This document shows, piece after piece, positions 7,942 through 15,876 of a stretch of 32,000 nt of DNA. The stretch covers positions 1 through 32,000 of the forward strand of contig JAJBUU010000004.1 in assembly GCA_020860205.1 (NCBI GenBank). Reading direction: 5' to 3'. The number at the start of each line of letters is the position of its first letter. Within the stretch, counting starts at the first letter, position 1. A program made the translations under genes and the position numbers. The DNA comes from Oscillospiraceae bacterium (GTDB taxonomy: Bacteria; Bacillota; Clostridia; Oscillospirales; Oscillospiraceae). The notes under the pieces were generated by a model that was not told the origin of the DNA, did no database searches, and was given only the letters and a program-made list of their open reading frames with translations.

Positions 7942-9510
7942 TTGAAACGAATTTTTATCTTTATCTTATCCTTATCTTTCATATTCTCCTTTATTCTGAC
8001 TGCCAGCGCCGACGAGCCTGACACGCTTACCATGACGGCGGCCAGGCGGCTCACCTGCGACGGTTACACGCTGGGCGACCTTGCGGCGGCGCGTATGGCC
8101 GTCTATGGAATACTGGACGATGCGTATAAAACGCCGCAGCCGGAAACAAAATTGCCCTTATCCAGAACGGACGCAGTGGCAACTTTATACGCGGCGTTTG
8201 GAGATGACGGCAGCTGCGCTTCTCCGTTTACAGATGTTCCCGATGAATATGCCGATGCCGTTGCGTGGGCGTATGCTATGGGAATCACGTCGGGCATCTC
8301 CACCACAGAATTTGGCGTTCGGGAAATTACAGAGACCGAGTTTGTGACGATGCTGCTTCGCTATATGGGCTATAGTGATGCATTTGACTTTGAGGAAGCA
8401 ATCAGCTTTGCCACAACATTAGGCTTATCCCCGACAGGATTATCCGCTACGTTTTGTTTGGGTGATGCTGCGCTGTATCTGCAATGCAGCGCGGACACGT
8501 TTGACCTGACGCTGAACAAGGCCGGGAAATTCGGGCAAATATCGTTTCCGTATTTGATTATTCTAACACCGGCTTCACTGGAGGATGCCGAGGAGCAGCT
8601 TCAGGCTGCGGCCTGTTATCTGCCTGCCTATATTCGGGTCTATGGAGATGATCTCGCTGCGGGCGAACTGCGTGAGCTTTATAAAACCTATTGTCAGTAT
8701 CAGTACATGGCGAAGTCCGGCGCGTATGCAACAGAAGTCTGGTGGCTGGGCAAAATTTCATCCTCCTCGCAGATGTCGCCCAGCTATGAAACAGTTTCGC
8801 AGGAATCTGCGCCGGAAGCGGAGACGTATTCTGCCACGATCTCCACACTTACAGCTCAACACAGCACGGGAGAGCTGTCCTCTGCGGAGTACGTTTATCT
8901 GTTCAAGCTGGCAATCGCGGATTATCTCGGCAGTGACAGTATGATTTCCTTTGACGCGCTCCGATGGAGCGAGGAGTGGCAGCTTGCGTGTGATGCGGAC
9001 GATGCGTTTACCGCATTTGCGGACGATACGATTACACAGCTCGCAGACGCGTTCTACTCTGAATGCATCAGGATCGCCGCCTCTGACAGCGATTATGATA
9101 TTGTGATGGCGGCGAAGCAGCTTATCATGCGTCGGGCAAGCTACGCCTCTCCAATTTCATATGCGAACGGGTCTGCATCGTATAGTGCAAGCGCCCATTC
9201 CGTCTTTGGCTTTTTTCAAAGCGGCGAGATAGTCTGCGATGGCTATTCCGCCGTTTTTCTGTATGTAATGCTCCGCGCGGGGATACCATGTGTCGAAGTC
9301 ACAGGCTCCACAGTCGGCGCTGACGGTCAAATAAATCATGCATGGAACAAGGTCAGGATAGACGGCGCATGGTACAACATAGATGTTTGTTGGGCCGATA
9401 CCGGATACCCCACCCGCTATGACCTGAAAAGCGACGCGGCATATAAAAACCTTTCCCATTGGGCGGAAGATTTCACAGTGGGAGCTTATGCGGCGGAGAA
9501 AAGCTATTAA
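7942..9510 (+). CDS. Secreted protein with an SLH-like domain and a C-terminal transglutaminase-like cysteine peptidase core
   Basis: TTG start 7 nt after GAGG. Signal peptide MKRIFIFILSLSFIFSFILTASA/DE. SLH-like segment FTDVPDEYADAVAWAYAMGITSGISTTEFGVREITETEFVTMLLRY. The C-terminal CDGYSAVFLYVMLRAGIPCVEVTG...INHAWNKVRIDGAWYNIDVCWAD fits a Cys-His-Asp transglutaminase-like core. Confidence 0.7.
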   Translation: MKRIFIFILSLSFIFSFILTASADEPDTLTMTAARRLTCDGYTLGDLAAARMAVYGILDDAYKTPQPETKLPLSRTDAVATLYAAFGDDGSCASPFTDVPDEYADAVAWAYAMGITSGISTTEFGVREITETEFVTMLLRYMGYSDAFDFEEAISFATTLGLSPTGLSATFCLGDAALYLQCSADTFDLTLNKAGKFGQISFPYLIILTPASLEDAEEQLQAAACYLPAYIRVYGDDLAAGELRELYKTYCQYQYMAKSGAYATEVWWLGKISSSSQMSPSYETVSQESAPEAETYSATISTLTAQHSTGELSSAEYVYLFKLAIADYLGSDSMISFDALRWSEEWQLACDADDAFTAFADDTITQLADAFYSECIRIAASDSDYDIVMAAKQLIMRRASYASPISYANGSASYSASAHSVFGFFQSGEIVCDGYSAVFLYVMLRAGIPCVEVTGSTVGADGQINHAWNKVRIDGAWYNIDVCWADTGYPTRYDLKSDAAYKNLSHWAEDFTVGAYAAEKSY

Positions 9511-9573
9511 ATGAATTTTCTCTTTCCGTCGCCTCTCCAAAAATTCACTGCGATTTTATTTTTAACAATGGAG

Positions 9574-9602
9574 TTGTATTTTTTTCTAATGTTTGCTATA
9601 CT
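9574..9602 (+). promoter_or_regulatory. Sigma-A-type promoter upstream of the MoxR gene
   Basis: TTGTAT (9574-9579), 17-nt spacer ending in tgc, TATACT (9597-9602). This leaves a ~100-nt leader before ATG 9710. Confidence 0.5.
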
Positions 9603-9709
9603 GGCATAAAGAGTTTGCAGTACGGCGGCATTCGTTCGTGAAACAGAGCGCGTTGATACATAATAATAAAAGTATTGCAGACAAGAAATATTGAAAAGGA
9701 CAACCGAGT

Positions 9710-10678
9710 ATGCAAGAACAAAAGCAGGAACAGATTCCGCAGGAAACGCTTGCGGAAGCACAGAAAAAAATAGAGGCCGTTCTGGACAATGTGGAAACGG
9801 TCATTATTGGCAAACGAACCTGTGTGGAACTGGTCGTGTTGGCATTGCTGGCGCGGGGACACGTTCTGATCGAGGACGTGCCGGGCGTTGGCAAAACGAG
9901 TCTGGTTTCCGCAGTGGCGCGGAGCCTGGACTGCGGCTTTAAGCGGATCCAGTTTACGCCGGACTTGATGCCATCCGATGTGACGGGCTTTTCTATCTAT
10001 AATCAGGGAACGGGTGCATTTGAGTTTCGCCCTGGCGCGGTCATGAGCAATTTGGTACTGGCTGATGAAATCAATCGAGCTTCTGCCAAGACGCAGGCCG
10101 CGCTGCTGGAGGCAATGGAGGAAAAGCAGGTGACGGTGGATTCCCACACCTACCCGCTGGAGGAGCCGTTTATGGTTCTGGCAACACAGAACCCGGTGGA
10201 ATCATTTGGTACTTATCCGCTGCCGGATGCACAAATTGACCGTTTTCTGCTGAAACTCTCGATGGGTTATCCCAGCATGGAGGAGGAACGACAAATCATC
10301 CACAACGGCAAGACAAGCCGGAAAAAACTTCATGCGGTGGTCAGCCGGCAAGATGTGGTGGAACTGAGCAATCTCGCGGAGCGCGTCACGGTCATCCCCG
10401 ATCTGGAGCGCTATATCGTTGAGATCGTCACGGCGACGCGCTCGCATAAAAACGTCAACCTTGGCGTATCGCCGCGCGGCAGTATTGCGCTGCTGGCCGC
10501 GTCGCGGGTGCTGGCGCTGATGCGTGGCCGGAACTATGTGCTGCCGGACGATATAAAATATCTTGCGCCATACGTTCTGGCACACCGTCTGAGCCTGAGC
10601 AGCGAGGCGCGCATGAATCACATTACGCCGAAAGATTTGATTTCGGAAATATTGGATAGCATTATCGTACCTGTGTGA
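9710..10678 (+). CDS. MoxR-family AAA+ ATPase
   Basis: Walker A VPGVGKTS, FKRIQFTPDLMPSDVTG, Walker B and sensor region VLADEINRASAKTQAALLEAMEEKQVTVD, then LATQNPVESFGTYPLPDAQIDRF. The length (322 aa) is typical for the family. Confidence 0.85.
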   Translation: MQEQKQEQIPQETLAEAQKKIEAVLDNVETVIIGKRTCVELVVLALLARGHVLIEDVPGVGKTSLVSAVARSLDCGFKRIQFTPDLMPSDVTGFSIYNQGTGAFEFRPGAVMSNLVLADEINRASAKTQAALLEAMEEKQVTVDSHTYPLEEPFMVLATQNPVESFGTYPLPDAQIDRFLLKLSMGYPSMEEERQIIHNGKTSRKKLHAVVSRQDVVELSNLAERVTVIPDLERYIVEIVTATRSHKNVNLGVSPRGSIALLAASRVLALMRGRNYVLPDDIKYLAPYVLAHRLSLSSEARMNHITPKDLISEILDSIIVPV

Positions 10679-10841
10679 AACAGGTATCACAAAACCGATA
10701 ATGCGTGAAAAAAATCCGGCATCGCAGAATTATTCATGTACAGATGCCGTTATCTATGCCTCGTCATGTGAAAGGCCAAAATCTGGCAGGCAGCATGGCG
10801 GGGCTTCTTTTATCTTATATATAATTTGAATCAGAATAAAG

Positions 10842-10890
10842 CAGGTGGTCTGCTGTACGGGGCGTACAGTGGGCCGCCTGTTATTTTTTT
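10842..10890 (+). terminator. Strong Rho-independent terminator about 165 nt downstream of the MoxR gene
   Basis: caggtggtc-tg-ctgtacg-ggg-cgtacag-tg-ggccgcctg (two G-U pairs), followed by ttattttttt. Confidence 0.65.
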
Positions 10891-11165
10891 GTTTATAGAA
10901 AACAACTGAGGAAAATCCTACACTGTCATGCATAAAATCTTTTCGCAAAGTATTCTCCTTTGTGAAAAGAAAAAATTCATAATTCGTTCTTAATTGATAT
11001 AATAAGACATTCAGGCCAAAATGTCAAGTGCTATTTTGAAAAAGATTTTTTATCCCCTATAATGAATTACGTAACGGTATATTTTCTAAATCACCAGCCA
11101 AAGAGAGGAAAACCACCCCAATAAAAAGAATAATCGCCGTCAAAATTCTGGTCAGGAGGGTAGCT

Positions 11166-11426
11166 ATGCCAAGACGTGGAGAAAACATCTACAAGCGGAA
11201 AGATGGCCGTTGGGAGGGACGTTATATCTATGGTCACCGAGCAGACGGCCGCGCAATTTACAAATCAGTTTATGGAGATTCGTATATCGAGGCACGAGAG
11301 AAATTAACACTTCGCAAATCAGAACTTGCGCAAAAGAAAACCGGTTCCTGTGCGCTGACCATAAAAGAAATCAGTATTCAGTGGCTTGCGCAAAATCGGT
11401 TCTCCGTCAAGAAATCAAGGCTATGA
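11166..11426 (+). pseudogene. N-terminal fragment (about 84 aa) of a Tn916-Int-like tyrosine integrase
   Basis: MPRRGENIYKRKDGRWEGRYIYGHRADGRAIYKSVYGDSYIEAREKL... is a typical arm-binding N-terminal integrase domain, preceded by an AGGAGGG SD. The ORF stops after ...SVKKSRL and has no core-binding or catalytic domains. Confidence 0.7.
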
Positions 11427-11595
11427 CGGCGGAAACCATAAAATTTCCGGATTGTACATCAACGATACGCCGGCAAAAAGCACCACATATTACGGCTTGT
11501 TCGGCGTTGTCGAGGATGGAACAATCAAGAATTTGACTATCAGTGGTGAAATCACGCTTGAGCCGAATGGAACAGATTATAATGGTTATGTTGGT
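11425..11595 (+). pseudogene. Fragment resembling a GLUG-motif repeat from a large surface protein, fused in frame to the recombinase remnant
   Basis: ISGLYINDTPAKSTTYYGLFGVVEDGTIKNLTISGEITLEPNGTDYNGYVGG matches the GLFG...G.I.NL...G.I...VGG pattern. It has no signal peptide, no start context and no continuation. Confidence 0.45.
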
Positions 11596-12585
11596 GGCCC
11601 TGTACTGCCGCCGCGTTGGTATTGGGCGATTCATTATGGAAGCGGCAGCTGCAACTATGCGAAGTACTGGTTATGCAGCACCGTCAAGTACATACTGAGG
11701 AGTTCCGTATATCTTGGTACTGTGACACAGAATACCACCGGCTCACGTTCCTATAAGGACAGAGCCGCAATTCATAAACCTGAGAACGAGTGGATCATAC
11801 ACGAGGAAGCGTGCGAGGCTATTATTCCGCGGAAGGTATGGGACATTGTGCAGGAGCGTGACCGGCAGGCAGCGGAAGCATCCGCAAACAATGCATCGCC
11901 TGTACAGGGCTTGTTCAGTGGGAAACTCGTCTGTGCCGACTGCGGCGCATCTCTTTATGTGAACAGAGAAAAGTATCGCCGGAAAGACGGCACCGTTAAA
12001 CAGTATGTGGCTTATATATGCGGAAATTACACAAGCTCAGGGGGTAGCGTCTGTTCGTGGCATCGAATAAACGAGTTGACCCTAAAGCAAATCGTGATGA
12101 GAGAAATTCAGGCTCATGCCAAAGCGCTCACGTTGGACGAAGCCGCTGTGCTGGACAAGCTGAGAAAGCGGACAGACACAGACAGCGCAGACCACCGGCA
12201 GACGTCCAGACGTGAAATCACAAAGCTGCGCTGCCAGATTCAGGAGCTGGAACAGAAAACCGCCCAACTCTACGAGGATAAGGTCACAGGCTCTATTTCA
12301 GCCGAGACATTTTCGTTGTTGGCGGGAAAAACCGAACAGGAACGACAGGAAAAGGCAGAGCAGCTCAGTGCGCTGGAAACCGAAGTGAGACGATACGAGC
12401 AGGATAACGCGAACATCCGGCAGTGGACTGCACTGGTCCGCAAATATCTGAATGTGCAGGAGCTTGACCGCCCCATCGTGGATGAATTGGTAGAACGTAT
12501 TGAAGTTGGAGAGGGCAGCATGATAGACGGACTGCGACAGCAAGATGTCCGCATCTATTATCGCTTTGTTGGGCTGGTGGAATAG
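11596..12585 (+). pseudogene. Large serine recombinase lacking its N-terminal resolvase catalytic domain
   Basis: Recombinase-domain segment ...YWLCSTVKYILRSSVYLGTVTQNTTGSRSYKDR...HEEACEAIIPRKVWDIVQ. Zinc-ribbon segment LVCADCGASLYVN...YICGNYTSSGGSVCSWHRI. Coiled-coil and DUF4368-like tail LYEDKVTGSISAETFSLL...IVDELVERIEVGE. No catalytic Ser domain is present upstream. Confidence 0.75.
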
Positions 12586-12902
12586 CGGCGATCAAGCTAT
12601 AAACATATTTTGGGCAGTACAAAAACACCTATACTTTAGGCATGGTGGGAACATACCCCGTAAAGGTGATTACTTCCTGCCGTGCAGCACATAATCCCTT
12701 GCCGAACAGGGACATTATGCGGTAAAATTACGCATTTGTTGCAGGTCGTAGAACCGATATATCCATCATTCCCCAATAATACTCATTCAAGACGTGCTCG
12801 GAGAAGGGGGACTTACGGCGGCGCAGGGAACGTACCGCCCGCACAAGGCGCGGGAGTATGTACCCCGTCCGAATCCCCCTCTCCTGTACCTCTCCCCAAC
12901 GG

Positions 12903-13183
12903 CCAAAAGGGGCGCGCCCCTTTTGGATAACCCCCGTGCAAGCGGTAAGGCGAAGCATAACAATCGGTGCTGTTTCTACGTCCCGCACAGGGTTTTCTTA
13001 AAGGGGCGGTGCCCCTTTTGGCCGCTCAGGAAGGGTGGTTCCGGAGGGAAACCCATTCGGAAGGGTTTCCCTTCGGGCGCACCTTTGCCTGATTTCCTTG
13101 CGTAAGGAAAGCAGATCGTCGCCGCAGCGACGAAACCTTGCCCGCAGCAACGAAACCCGCCGCGCCCCGGCAGAAGCGAAACC
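12903..13183. repeat. GC-rich intergenic block of palindromes and CGAAACC-containing short repeats
   Basis: Perfect 24-nt palindrome ccaaaaggggcgcgccccttttgg (12903-12926) and a related aaaggggc-ggt-gccccttt (13000-13018). Also gggaaaccc-attcggaa-gggtttccc (13046-13071) and tttcctt-gcgt-aaggaaa (13093-13110). cgaaacc occurs at 13131, 13151 and 13177. Confidence 0.7.
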
Positions 13184-13186
13184 TCC

Positions 13187-13217
13187 TGTTTCTTTTTTCA
13201 CCGCGATGTGCTATAAT
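13187..13217 (+). promoter_or_regulatory. Possible extended -10 promoter for mobA
   Basis: tgcTATAAT at 13209-13217. There is only a weak -35-like tgtttc about 19 nt upstream. Confidence 0.35.
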
Positions 13218-13250
13218 CAGAAAAACAAACGGAGAAGGGGGGCGGACAGG

Positions 13251-13814
13251 GTGCTGACAGTAATCCTCACCGGCGGCGCATCACGGCGCATGGGGCGCGA
13301 CAAGGCGCTGCTGCCTTATGCCGGGACCACCATGCTGCAAAGCCTCATCGACAAATACGCCGCGCTCGGCAGGGTTGCCGTTTCCGTAAACCGTTCGGGA
13401 CGATTTGCCTTCACCGGTGCGCTGGAGCTGCCCGACCGGTTTCCGGATCTCGGCCCGCTCAACGGCGTCGTGTCCGCGTTTGAAGCGACGGACGCGGAGG
13501 AGATTTTCCTGACCGCGACCGATTTACCGCAGGGCGACCCGGCGCTGGCGCTGCGTCTGGCGGCGCTGCGCGGCGGCGCGGATGCCTGCCTGCTGCGGCG
13601 CGGGGTCAAGGGTACGGAGCCGCTCTTTGCCATCTATGCCCGACCATGTCTGGACTATGCGTGCCAGGCGTTGGAACAGGGGCGGCAGTCGTTTATGCAG
13701 ATGCTGCGTCCGGCAAATGTGCGCTATGTGCTGCCGGAGGAGGTATCAGAATTTGATTTGGAGCATATATTATTGAACGTCAACACTGCTCCGGAATACG
13801 AAAGCCTGTTCTGA
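13251..13814 (+). CDS. mobA: Molybdenum cofactor guanylyltransferase
   Basis: GTG start 13251 after GGAGAAGGGG. The N-terminal VILTGGASRRMGRDKALL matches the LAGGxSxRMGxDK signature. The size (~187 aa) fits. The ORF-track extension back to 13035 runs through repeat DNA. Confidence 0.8.
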   Translation: MLTVILTGGASRRMGRDKALLPYAGTTMLQSLIDKYAALGRVAVSVNRSGRFAFTGALELPDRFPDLGPLNGVVSAFEATDAEEIFLTATDLPQGDPALALRLAALRGGADACLLRRGVKGTEPLFAIYARPCLDYACQALEQGRQSFMQMLRPANVRYVLPEEVSEFDLEHILLNVNTAPEYESLF

Positions 13815-13892
13815 GGGAGCGCCGCGAAATCCGGCAAGCGCGGATTGTGCGGTGCTGCCATGAATTTTTATTACAGGAGGATACGCATTACG

Positions 13893-15716
13893 ATGAATGA
13901 AAGCAGGGAAATTTTTGCGCCGGAACCGGTGCCAGACCGCACGGCATCCGACCCGGCATACCAATGGGACCTGACCGCGATTTTTCCGGACGATGCCGCG
14001 TGGAACGCCGCACTGGAGGCGGCGAATGGACTGAAAGACGAACTGGCCGCTTACGAGGGACGTTTGGGAGAGAGCAGCGCGACGCTGTTGGCCTATATGC
14101 AGCTCAGTGAGCGCGTCAGCGAAACATTCAGCCCGATTTACGGCTATGCCAGCCTGAAATCGGACGAGGACACCGCAGTTGCCAGGTATCAGGATATGCA
14201 GGGCAAGGCGCAGAACCTGAGCGTCGCGCTCTCTACCGCAGCCGCCTTTGAAATGACGGAACTGATTGAAATCCCGGAGGAGCGTCTGGAGCGGTTTTAT
14301 GCGGAAACGCCGGAGCTGGAAAAATACCGCACCGCGATTTTTAACGCGCGGCGCATGGCTGCGCACGTCCTCACCAGGCCGGAGGAGGCGCTCCTGGCCT
14401 CTGCCGGGAATCTTGGCGCCGCCCCTTACGGCATCTATAATCTTTTTGAGGGCGCGGATTTGAAGTTTCCGGACGCGGCGGGCGCGGACGGCGCGCCCCA
14501 TCAGGTGACGGCGGGGACGTTCATCCCGCTGCTGCGCGCACCGGACCGCACGCTGCGCAGGAACGCTTTTCACGCGCTGTATGACACCTATCTGGGAACG
14601 CAGAATACCTTTGCCGCGCTGCTGAATGCGCAGATGAAGCAGCTCCAGTTTTTCGCGGAAGCGCGGCATTATGATTCCGCGCTGGCGGCCTCGCTGGATG
14701 CGACAAATGTGCCGGTTCCGGTTTATACCGGTCTGGTTGACGCGGTAAACGCGAATCTGCCAAAGCTGCACCGCTATGTGGCGCTGCGGAAGCGGCTGAT
14801 GGGTCTGGACGAGCTGCATATGTACGATATTTATACGCCGCTGGTTCCGGATGCGGATGTGACGATCTCCTACCGCCGCGCGCAGGAGCTGGTGCTGGAC
14901 GCGCTTTCCGTGCTGGGAGAGGACTATACCGCCGTGCTGCGCCGCGCCTTTTCCGAGGGCTGGATCGACGTCTATGAAAACATCGGCAAACGCTCCGGCG
15001 CTTATTCCTCCGGCCTTTCGCGGCCGCACCCTTATGTGCTGCTGAACCACAAGGACACGCTGGACTGCGCGTTCACCATTGCCCATGAGCTGGGACACGC
15101 GATGCACTCCTATCTTTCCGCCAGACACCAGCCCACGGTTTATTCCGACTATGTGATTTTCGTCGCGGAGGTGGCCAGTACGGTCAACGAGTCGCTGCTG
15201 ATGCAGCATCTGCTCGCCAAAACGGAGGAGCCGCGGGCGCGCGCCTATCTGTTGAATTATTTCCTGGAGCAGTTCCGTACCACCGTCTATCGCCAGACGC
15301 TGTTCGCAGAGTTTGAGCTGCTCTGCGGCGAAATGACCGGGCGCGGCGAAACGCTGACCGCGGAGGCGCTGAACGCGGCATATCTGGAGCTGAACCGCCG
15401 CTATTATGGGCCTGCGGTCACGCTGGATGACGAGATACGCATAGAATGGGCGCGCGTCCCGCATTTTTATTATAACTACTATGTTTATCAGTACGCCACC
15501 GGCTTCTCCGCGGCGATGGCGATCAGCCGCCGCATCCTGACGGGGGGAGAGGCCGCGCGGACGGACTATCTTCGCTTTCTCTCCTCCGGATGCAGCCAGT
15601 CGCCCATTGATTTGCTGCGGCTTGCAGGTGCGGATATGACCACCGCCGAACCGATAAATGCCGCGCTGGAATTGTTCAATCAGCTTATGGATGAGATGGA
15701 AAACCTGCTGGTATAA
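13893..15716 (+). CDS. pepF: Oligoendopeptidase F (M3B metallopeptidase)
   Basis: HELGHAMHSY zinc motif with a downstream E. Length ~607 aa. ATG 13893 lies about 12 nt after AGGAGGA. Confidence 0.85.
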   Translation: MNESREIFAPEPVPDRTASDPAYQWDLTAIFPDDAAWNAALEAANGLKDELAAYEGRLGESSATLLAYMQLSERVSETFSPIYGYASLKSDEDTAVARYQDMQGKAQNLSVALSTAAAFEMTELIEIPEERLERFYAETPELEKYRTAIFNARRMAAHVLTRPEEALLASAGNLGAAPYGIYNLFEGADLKFPDAAGADGAPHQVTAGTFIPLLRAPDRTLRRNAFHALYDTYLGTQNTFAALLNAQMKQLQFFAEARHYDSALAASLDATNVPVPVYTGLVDAVNANLPKLHRYVALRKRLMGLDELHMYDIYTPLVPDADVTISYRRAQELVLDALSVLGEDYTAVLRRAFSEGWIDVYENIGKRSGAYSSGLSRPHPYVLLNHKDTLDCAFTIAHELGHAMHSYLSARHQPTVYSDYVIFVAEVASTVNESLLMQHLLAKTEEPRARAYLLNYFLEQFRTTVYRQTLFAEFELLCGEMTGRGETLTAEALNAAYLELNRRYYGPAVTLDDEIRIEWARVPHFYYNYYVYQYATGFSAAMAISRRILTGGEAARTDYLRFLSSGCSQSPIDLLRLAGADMTTAEPINAALELFNQLMDEMENLLV

Positions 15717-15757
15717 GTAAAAATCATACAAATTCGGTCAAAGCGGAAAGAAAAATG

Positions 15758-15786
15758 TTGACTTATAGCCTTTTTTCGATTAAAAT
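15758..15786 (+). promoter_or_regulatory. Sigma-A-type promoter upstream of the transporter gene
   Basis: TTGACT (15758-15763), 17-nt spacer, TAAAAT (15781-15786). Confidence 0.55.
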
Positions 15787-15876
15787 AAAGGATGAAAACA
15801 GCCACAGTGTCCAGCCGCAGTATTCCCGCAACAGAGATGCTGTGGCATTATTTTGGAATTGGGGAGCGCACAACTT

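Larger units (their letters stand above)
1..12600. mobile_element. Right-hand portion of a decayed integrative conjugative/mobilizable element with cargo; the left end lies outside the window
   Basis: Contains helicase, DUF3849, MobC, relaxase and recombinase-remnant genes. G+C and codon style are visibly lower than in the flanking core from ~13200 onward. The right boundary is only approximate. Confidence 0.65.

Noticed and set aside
10701-10829. 42-codon ORF between the MoxR gene and the terminator; also the ORF-track ORF 10754-10948 on the minus strand
   Set aside because: Neither has an SD, and neither has a recognisable motif.
10931-11053. Inverton-like inverted repeat (ataaaatcttttc / gaaaaagatttttta) flanking the ttgaTATAAT promoter next to the integrase fragment
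   Set aside because: The arms are short, AT-homopolymer-rich and need indels to align. The adjacent recombinase is only a fragment. This is most likely chance similarity in AT-rich DNA.
12867-12876. tRNA T-arm-like gtccgaatcc near the island boundary (possible tRNA integration target)
   Set aside because: The flanking bases do not form a T-stem, acceptor stem or anticodon arm. No cloverleaf could be drawn.
12990-13250. Moco riboswitch upstream of mobA
   Set aside because: The structured GC-rich block lies upstream of the only plausible promoter (TATAAT at 13212-13217), so it would not be in the mobA leader. I also could not match it to the Moco motif from memory.
13770-15731. 653-codon ORF antisense to pepF
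   Set aside because: This is a shadow ORF of a high-GC gene. Its translation is Arg/Gly/Gln-rich low complexity with no recognisable motifs, while the plus strand carries a clean M3B peptidase with HELGH.
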